Source of the DNA: Candidatus Portnoybacteria bacterium RIFCSPHIGHO2_02_FULL_39_12
Lineage (GTDB): Bacteria > Patescibacteriota > Minisyncoccia > Portnoybacterales > UBA2143
NCBI GenBank assembly: GCA_001819555.1
Contig: MHMZ01000032.1
Coordinates: 20,834 to 60,010 of the forward strand
Reading direction: 5' to 3'
DNA: 39,177 nt
A model generated the notes under the pieces. The model saw only the letters and a list, made by a program, of their open reading frames with translations, was not told the DNA's origin and ran no database searches. Position 1 is the first letter of the stretch. Every line of letters starts with the position of its first letter. Both the position numbers and the translations under genes were made by a program. Positions 33,870 to 39,177 of this stretch are shown piece after piece.

Positions 33870-35288
33870 ATGAAAGTCCTGTTGTTAAATCCTCCTTTTA
33901 CTGATTACGGCGGCTTAGAGGGCCACGGCGGCAAGGCCCTGCCTTTGAATTTGGCTTATTTAGCCGCTTATTTAAGAGTCAAAAGGCCGGAGATAGAAAT
34001 TAAAGTTTTAGATTGCGAGGGCTTGGGCTTGTCGTATTTTCAAATTGAAGAGGAAATAAAAACCATTCGGCCGGCTATTGTCGGTTTGACGGCTCCGACG
34101 CCCGCTTTTGCCCAGGTCTTAGAAGTTTGCCGAATAATTAAAAATATCTCCAGAGATATTGTGGTTGTAGTCGGCGGGCCCCATCCGACCGCTCTGCCCA
34201 AAGAGACCGTGGCTGAAAAAGATATTGACGCGGCTGTGCTCTACGAAGGAGAATACACTTTTTTTAACCTGATTGAAGCGATTGAAAATAACAAAGGACT
34301 AAGCGAAGTGAAAGGGATTGCCTATAAGGACCGAGAGGGGAATGTTTGCCTGAATCCTCCCGGGGAAATTATTAAAGATTTAGACGCTTTGCCTTTTCCG
34401 GCCCGCGACCTTTTTCCCTTAGACATTTATTTTCCGCCGCCCACTAAAAGAATGAGCGATAAAAAAGCCGGCAATATGATTACTTCGCGGGGCTGTCCTT
34501 ATCAATGCACTTATTGTATGGCCAGCTACATGTGGCAGAGAAAAGTGAGGTTTAGAAGCATTAAAAATGTGGTTGATGAAATTGAAGAATGCATTAATAA
34601 ATACGGGCTGGGCGAATTTAATTTTCACGACGAGCTTTTTACGGTCAATAAAAAAAGAACCATAGAATTTTGCCAGGAAGTCAAAAAACGGGATTTGGAT
34701 ATTGTCTGGGTTTGCATGTGCCGGGTAGATTATCTTGATGAAGAAACTTTAAGGGAAATGAAATCAGCCGGCTGTCGGAAAATAATGTTTGGTTTTGAAT
34801 CTGGCTCGCAGATGATTTTAGATATTATGAAAAAAAGAGTGGCTTTGGATAAAGCCGAAGAAGCGGTTAAATTGGTTAAAAAAGCGGGTATTAAAACAGC
34901 CGGTAATTTTATGCTGGGCAATATCGGCGAAACCGAAGAAACGATAAGAGAGACCATAAATTTAGCCAAGAAATTAAATTGCGATACCATGGCTTTTTTT
35001 GTGGCCAGCCCTTATCCGGGCACGGAATTTTATGAGACGGCCAAGGCCAGAGGATATTTCAGAAAAGACATTGAATGGAAGGATTTTACTTTGGTCTCTA
35101 ACAACTTGCCGCCTCTTAATTTGCCGGGCCTGCCGGCCGAGCGAATTTTATACTGGCAGAAAAGAGCTTTTCGCGAATATTATTTAAGGCCCCGATATGT
35201 CTTAATGAAAATTGCCGGCGTTAATAGCTGGGTTGATTTAAAAAATTTATACAACGGCGCTAAATTATTTTTGAGAATAGAGCGATAA
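33870..35288 (+). CDS. Cobalamin-binding-domain (class B) radical SAM enzyme, paralog 6
   Basis: SRGCPYQCTYC and VVGGPHPTALPKE. 472 aa. Confidence 0.85.
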   Translation: MKVLLLNPPFTDYGGLEGHGGKALPLNLAYLAAYLRVKRPEIEIKVLDCEGLGLSYFQIEEEIKTIRPAIVGLTAPTPAFAQVLEVCRIIKNISRDIVVVVGGPHPTALPKETVAEKDIDAAVLYEGEYTFFNLIEAIENNKGLSEVKGIAYKDREGNVCLNPPGEIIKDLDALPFPARDLFPLDIYFPPPTKRMSDKKAGNMITSRGCPYQCTYCMASYMWQRKVRFRSIKNVVDEIEECINKYGLGEFNFHDELFTVNKKRTIEFCQEVKKRDLDIVWVCMCRVDYLDEETLREMKSAGCRKIMFGFESGSQMILDIMKKRVALDKAEEAVKLVKKAGIKTAGNFMLGNIGETEETIRETINLAKKLNCDTMAFFVASPYPGTEFYETAKARGYFRKDIEWKDFTLVSNNLPPLNLPGLPAERILYWQKRAFREYYLRPRYVLMKIAGVNSWVDLKNLYNGAKLFLRIER

Positions 35289-35297
35289 ATTCTCATT

Positions 35298-36263
35298 ATG
35301 CTTTCTCATAAAAAAATAAAAATCTTTTTCCAAATTTTGGGCCCGCTGGTTTTTCTTTATATTCTATCCAAAATAGATTATCAATTTCTTTTTGAAGAAA
35401 TTAAATTATTAAAATGGCATTTTTTAATCTTAGCTGTTGGCTTGATGATTTTTAAGATTACTTTTAAAGCCCTACGTTGGCGGATTATCTTATTGTCTTT
35501 AAATGTATCTATTTCAAAAATCAGCGCTTTAAACTTATACTGGTCAGGCGCTTTAACCGGCCTGGCCACCCCGGGTCATTTTGGCGAGTTGATTAAAGTT
35601 TATTTTCTTAAAAATAGGGGCCATAATGTTTTCCATTCTTTTTTCAGCTTAATTTTAGACCGGATAATTGATATTTTAACTTTATTAATTTTTGGTTTTT
35701 TGATTTTCTTATTTTTCTTAAAAAATATCGGCGTCTATGTGATTTCTCTCGGCCTTATCTTTTTATTTATTATCATTTTTATTTTTTTAATTTTAGATCA
35801 GAGAACCTTTCTCCATAAAGTTTTCAACAAGCTGTTTCAAAGATTTTTACCGGTTGATTTCAGCGATTATTCCCGCTTTTCTTTCTCTAAATTCTTTAAA
35901 GGCCTCAAAGACCTAAAAAAGAAAGAAGTATTTTATTTTTTTGCGTATTTAATCATCGGCTGGTTTTTTTATTTTTTATCCCGATATCTGGTTGCTTTGT
36001 CTTTGGGTTTGGATTTGTCTTTTATGACTATTACCGCTATTTCTATTTTAGTGGCCATCATTACCGCTCTGCCGATTTCTATTGCCGGTTTGGGCACTAG
36101 AGAAGCCGCGGTCATCTATTTTTTCAGCTTATTTGGACTTAATAAAGAAATAGCCGTTTTATTTTCTTTATTGATTTTTACCGTTGATATTTTAGTTATT
36201 TCTTTAGGTTTGATTTTTTATCTTAGAGAATTAAGCTTGATTAATAAAGTTAAACAAATATAA
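35298..36263 (+). CDS. LPG-synthase-TM / 'flippase-like' (UPF0104, TIGR00374-type) membrane protein
   Basis: 321 aa and polytopic. RWRIILLSLNVSIS and the family motif LPISIAGLGTREAA. Confidence 0.75.
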   Translation: MLSHKKIKIFFQILGPLVFLYILSKIDYQFLFEEIKLLKWHFLILAVGLMIFKITFKALRWRIILLSLNVSISKISALNLYWSGALTGLATPGHFGELIKVYFLKNRGHNVFHSFFSLILDRIIDILTLLIFGFLIFLFFLKNIGVYVISLGLIFLFIIIFIFLILDQRTFLHKVFNKLFQRFLPVDFSDYSRFSFSKFFKGLKDLKKKEVFYFFAYLIIGWFFYFLSRYLVALSLGLDLSFMTITAISILVAIITALPISIAGLGTREAAVIYFFSLFGLNKEIAVLFSLLIFTVDILVISLGLIFYLRELSLINKVKQI

Positions 36264-36266
36264 AAA

Positions 36267-37139
36267 ATGATAGGGATGTTATTAGCTTTTTTTGCCGGGC
36301 TTTCTTATTCAGCTAGGGATGCCTTTAGCAAAAGAGCTTTAAAAAACTTAGATGAATACGTGACTGCTTGGGCTCTTAGGTTTTTTGCCTTGCCATTAAT
36401 TATAGTGTTGTTATTTAGCTTTGAAATGCCGGAAGTTAAGCCGGCTTTCTGGTGGTGGTTAGTCATTGTCACGATAATAGATATTATAATTATGGTAATT
36501 TTTATGAAAGCCGTTAAGATTTCTGACCTTTCATTAGTTATTCCGATACTTGCTTTTACGCCTTTATTTATTTTAATTATTTCTCCTTTTTGGATTCACG
36601 AGCTGCCAAATATCTATGGTATTATTGGTATAGTTTTAGTGGTTATTGGCGCCTATATTTTAAATATTAAGGAAAAAAATAAAGGTTGGTTATTTCCCTT
36701 AAAAGCATTGTTAATTAATAAAGGTTTGCGCCTAATGTTTTTCGCTTCTTTTTTAATGGCTATAACCACCATTATTGACAGAGTAGCGATTGAGAATTCA
36801 TCGCCAATTTTTTATCTGATTTTTATTCATCTATTGTATGTCTTGATGTTTTTGCCGATTGTTTTGTATCGGCTGAAAGGCAAAATAAAATCAACTTTTA
36901 TTTTTAAGAACATCAAATTAATGTTGCCAGTCGGCCTATCTAGCGGATTTTTTTTGCTTTTTCATATGTTAGCTATTCCCTTGACATATGTGTCCTATGT
37001 TTCAGCCATTGAAAAGCTAAGTATTATTATCAGCGTTATATTCGGCTATTTTATTTTTAAGGAGAGAAATATAAAGGGACGTTTAACTGGCGCAGTTATT
37101 ATGGTTTTAGGGATTTTGTTTATAATATTAGGTAGATGA
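36267..37139 (+). CDS. EamA/DMT-superfamily transporter
   Basis: 290 aa with about 10 TM helices in two similar halves and small hydrophilic loops. In glycan loci such proteins can act like ArnE/F-type lipid-linked sugar flippases (inference). Confidence 0.65.
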   Translation: MIGMLLAFFAGLSYSARDAFSKRALKNLDEYVTAWALRFFALPLIIVLLFSFEMPEVKPAFWWWLVIVTIIDIIIMVIFMKAVKISDLSLVIPILAFTPLFILIISPFWIHELPNIYGIIGIVLVVIGAYILNIKEKNKGWLFPLKALLINKGLRLMFFASFLMAITTIIDRVAIENSSPIFYLIFIHLLYVLMFLPIVLYRLKGKIKSTFIFKNIKLMLPVGLSSGFFLLFHMLAIPLTYVSYVSAIEKLSIIISVIFGYFIFKERNIKGRLTGAVIMVLGILFIILGR

Positions 37140-37200
37140 TATTTAAAATTAAGTTTAGTTAACAAAGTTAAATGGAGATAAAAACATACTAAGGGAGTAT

Positions 37201-37599
37201 ATGAGCATAGATAAAGAACATATTCAAAAAGAAGAAGAACAATGGAGAAAAATTATAGCCGTTGGAAATCAAGACGCAGGCATGGTTTTGATTTATGACC
37301 AAAAACTATGCGCTTTTGCGCATGAAATAGGCGCGGCGCTTGAAAAGAAAATAACTTTTGATTATATTTTCGCAGCCTCTAGGCTAATAGAAAGGATCAA
37401 TGTGCTTTTAAGTAAATTGCCTAAAGAAAAATTTGAGACTGTGGTTGGGATATTTTTAAATATTAAACAACGTTTAAAAGAAGAGGTGATACAAGGAAAA
37501 ACCGCTCAAAGAAAGAAGGCCTTAAATTCTTTTCCAGAAGAAATTCATCAGGCCAGCCATAAACTTTGTGATGAGCTGGAAAAAAGATTTTGTAAATGA
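37201..37599 (+). CDS. Hypothetical soluble, helical 132-aa protein
   Basis: Good SD (AAGGGAG, 5 nt upstream of the ATG). No TM segment and no recognisable motif. Immediately followed by a terminator-like hairpin. Confidence 0.55.
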   Translation: MSIDKEHIQKEEEQWRKIIAVGNQDAGMVLIYDQKLCAFAHEIGAALEKKITFDYIFAASRLIERINVLLSKLPKEKFETVVGIFLNIKQRLKEEVIQGKTAQRKKALNSFPEEIHQASHKLCDELEKRFCK

Positions 37600-37601
37600 T
37601 G

Positions 37602-37636
37602 TTCGGTAATTTTTTGGAAAATTGACCGAATCTTTT
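37602..37636 (+). terminator. Candidate rho-independent terminator
   Basis: 12-bp stem with one bulge (TTCGGTAATTTT / AAAATT(G)ACCGAA), 4-nt loop TTGG, followed by TCTTTT. It starts 3 nt after the TGA at 37597-37599. Confidence 0.5.
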
Positions 37637-37656
37637 AAATCTTTTATGCTGAAGTT

Positions 37657-38532
37657 ATGTTAAAAGACGAAATAATTTATAGGCGGGCAGTGAGCATTGT
37701 GATTCCTGCCTACAATGAGGAGTCAAGAATCGGAGCCGTGCTTAATGATTTGTTAGCTATGATTAAGTCGTGGAATATAGAGTGTGAAATTATTGTGGTT
37801 GATGACGGTTCAAAGGATAAAACCGCCCAAATCGCCGGGGGATTTGACGTTCAATTGGTTCAACATAAGCAGAATAAAGGATACGGCGCCTCTCTTAAAA
37901 CCGGAATTCGGCAAGCCCGCTATAATATTATTGGCATCGCTGACGCGGACGGCACTTATCCGGTTGAGCGCGTCCCCGAGCTGGTTCGTTTTATTGGTGA
38001 ATATGATATGGCGGTCGGCGCGAGAGTTGGCAAAAACGTCAAGATGCCTTTATTTAGGCGGCCGGCCAAGTGGCTTTTAAACAAATACGCCAATTATCTT
38101 GTTCAAGAAAAGATACCAGACCTTAATTCCGGTCTGCGGGTTTTTAAAAAAGATGTCTTTGAAAAATTCAGAAGCATTCTGCCGAACGGTTTTTCTTTTA
38201 CCACTACCCTTACTTTGGCCTTATTAAGCAATGATTATCAGGTTAGATACATACCGATTGATTATTTTGAAAGAGGCGGCAAATCAAAAATCAGGCCGTT
38301 CCGCGATACCGTCAATTTTTTTACTTTAATCACTAAAACCTCGCTCTATTTTAATCCCTTGAGGGTTTATATGCCCATTGCGCTTTCGCTTTTGGGTTTT
38401 GGCGCCATCTCTTTTGGCTATGATATATTCGTTTTGCAAAACATAACCGACCGGACAATGGCGCTTTTTTTATGGGGCGTTCAATTAGGGGTCATCGGTC
38501 TTTTAGCTGATATGATGAGCCATCGGAGATAA
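37657..38532 (+). CDS. GT2 glycosyltransferase, GtrB/DPM1/ArnC-like polyprenyl-phosphate sugar synthase
   Basis: VIPAYNEE, VVDDGSKDKT and IADADGTY. C-terminal TM helices. Confidence 0.9.
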   Translation: MLKDEIIYRRAVSIVIPAYNEESRIGAVLNDLLAMIKSWNIECEIIVVDDGSKDKTAQIAGGFDVQLVQHKQNKGYGASLKTGIRQARYNIIGIADADGTYPVERVPELVRFIGEYDMAVGARVGKNVKMPLFRRPAKWLLNKYANYLVQEKIPDLNSGLRVFKKDVFEKFRSILPNGFSFTTTLTLALLSNDYQVRYIPIDYFERGGKSKIRPFRDTVNFFTLITKTSLYFNPLRVYMPIALSLLGFGAISFGYDIFVLQNITDRTMALFLWGVQLGVIGLLADMMSHRR

Positions 38533-38566
38533 ATTAGGGTCCGACCCTTAAGGGTCGGACCCTAAT
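38533..38566. repeat. GGGTCCGACCC palindrome family copy, 34-bp perfect palindrome
   Basis: ATTAGGGTCCGACCCTT|AAGGGTCGGACCCTAAT. It starts immediately after the TAA at 38530-38532 and ends 11 nt before the ATG at 38578. Confidence 0.95.
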
Positions 38567-38577
38567 GAAATTAAATT

Positions 38578-39177
38578 ATGAGTCATGACAATAAGAAAAA
38601 ACGTCCAAAGATAGCCGTCATTGGCACCGGCGCCGCGGCTTTTGGCGTTTTAACCGCTTTATTGGACAAGCGCTCTGACTTTGATATTGTTGTTTACGAT
38701 ATCGGCAAACAGGTGGCTGAAATTTCCCCTCCTGACAATCCTTCAGAAGAGTGGATTATTTCATTTTACGATAAAATTTATAAAGATATCCGGTCGCTTT
38801 ATCCGTTTAAGTTTCCGCCGCCCAAGACACATTTCGGCGAGCAGATTCCCAGACATTTTCTCGGCCAAAATATAGATATTTTTAAAAGCGAATCATTCGG
38901 CGGGCTGACTAATTATTGGGGGACAACTATGCTTCCTCTAACTGATAGGGAAATGGCCAAATGGCCAATCTCTAAAGAATCCCTTGAGCCGTATTATCAA
39001 AAAATTGCCGAAATAGTCGGAATAGCCGGCTGTCCTGACGCGCTCAATGAATATTTTATCAGGGATTTTTCCACCCGGCCGCCAATTCGTCCGACTCCTG
39101 TTTTGGCTCTTCTTAATGAGGCGGTTAATCAGTTTAAAGGCGGACCAGTTCGCAATGTTTCGCGAAGCGAGTCGGGC
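38578..39177 (+). CDS. FAD/NAD(P)-binding oxidoreductase (GMC-like?), 3' end truncated by the window edge
   Basis: Not in the supplied track because it has no stop. I translated it by hand from ATG 38578: 200 codons are open to the window end. It has the N-terminal dinucleotide-binding fold KIAVIGTGAAAFGVLTALL...DIVVYD. The track ORF 38681..38875 is in another frame and nested inside this one. Confidence 0.7.
   Translation, partial: MSHDNKKKRPKIAVIGTGAAAFGVLTALLDKRSDFDIVVYDIGKQVAEISPPDNPSEEWIISFYDKIYKDIRSLYPFKFPPPKTHFGEQIPRHFLGQNIDIFKSESFGGLTNYWGTTMLPLTDREMAKWPISKESLEPYYQKIAEIVGIAGCPDALNEYFIRDFSTRPPIRPTPVLALLNEAVNQFKGGPVRNVSRSESG

Noticed and set aside
3267-38566. GGGTCCGACCC palindromes as integron attC sites or a dispersed CRISPR-like array (gene cassettes)
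   Set aside because: The elements are 17-46 bp, shorter than attC sites. They lack the RYYYAAC/GTTRRRY core sites. No integrase, attI or Pc is visible. The flanking genes are functionally coherent and translationally coupled rather than independent cassettes. Spacing is irregular and measured in kilobases, so it is not CRISPR.
3748-38875. Short track ORFs nested in or antisense to long CDS: 3748..3933, 4047..4250(-), 5766..6131, 6473..6733(-), 6737..6928(-), 7076..7363, 9236..9433(-), 12158..12355, 14964..15164(-), 15450..15638(-), 18238..18423, 19425..19649, 20743..20979, 24425..24667(-), 31559..31759(-), 31942..32133, 33321..33521(-), 34419..34628(-), 34730..34990(-), 34999..35187, 35381..35569(-), 37784..38080, 38681..38875
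   Set aside because: All lie entirely within much longer ORFs that carry clear family motifs. Their translations are low-complexity with no motifs. They have no SD or intergenic context of their own. They are chance ORFs of the kind expected in AT-rich DNA.

Overview
AT-rich (roughly one-third G+C by eye), very gene-dense window. I count 32 CDS, 31 on the + strand and 1 on the - strand, and both window edges cut through genes. There are no rRNA or tRNA genes, CRISPR arrays, transposases or integrases, and no transcription factor I can recognise. TGA is used as a stop codon directly at gene junctions, so the code is standard bacterial (table 11). Six junctions are 4-nt ATGA stop/start overlaps (6780, 15391, 17115, 17675, 27330, 28112). 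This indicates long translationally coupled operons.

Gene content points to a very large surface-glycan or glycoconjugate assembly and decoration locus:
- 3 GtrB/DPM1-like GT2 polyprenyl-phosphate sugar synthases
- 2 GT4 enzymes and 1 GT9 enzyme
- about 4 large polytopic GT-C/YfhO-type membrane proteins
- a Wzx-like flippase, two LPG-synthase-TM 'flippase-like' proteins and an EamA transporter
- an AsnB amidotransferase, a NodU/CmcH carbamoyltransferase and a NodB-type deacetylase
- six class I SAM methyltransferase domains
- six paralogous cobalamin-domain (class B) radical SAM enzymes, four of them in tandem, which is the unusual part

Composition and gene content resemble an uncultivated low-GC bacterium such as Patescibacteria/CPR. 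That is inference only.

The clearest signals the ORFs do not explain are several kinds of GC-rich palindromic element:
1. A seven-copy GGGTCCGACCC palindrome family sits exactly at gene junctions and is partly translated into protein C-termini.
2. A 72-bp in-frame palindromic insertion with flanking direct repeats lies inside a membrane-protein gene.
3. There are further unique GC-rich hairpins.

Other non-coding signals are a 3 x 35 bp tandem repeat carrying a Shine-Dalgarno, and an 82-bp perfect duplication covering the leader and first codons of two diverged GT2 paralogs. All functional calls rest on motifs read by eye. No database search was possible.
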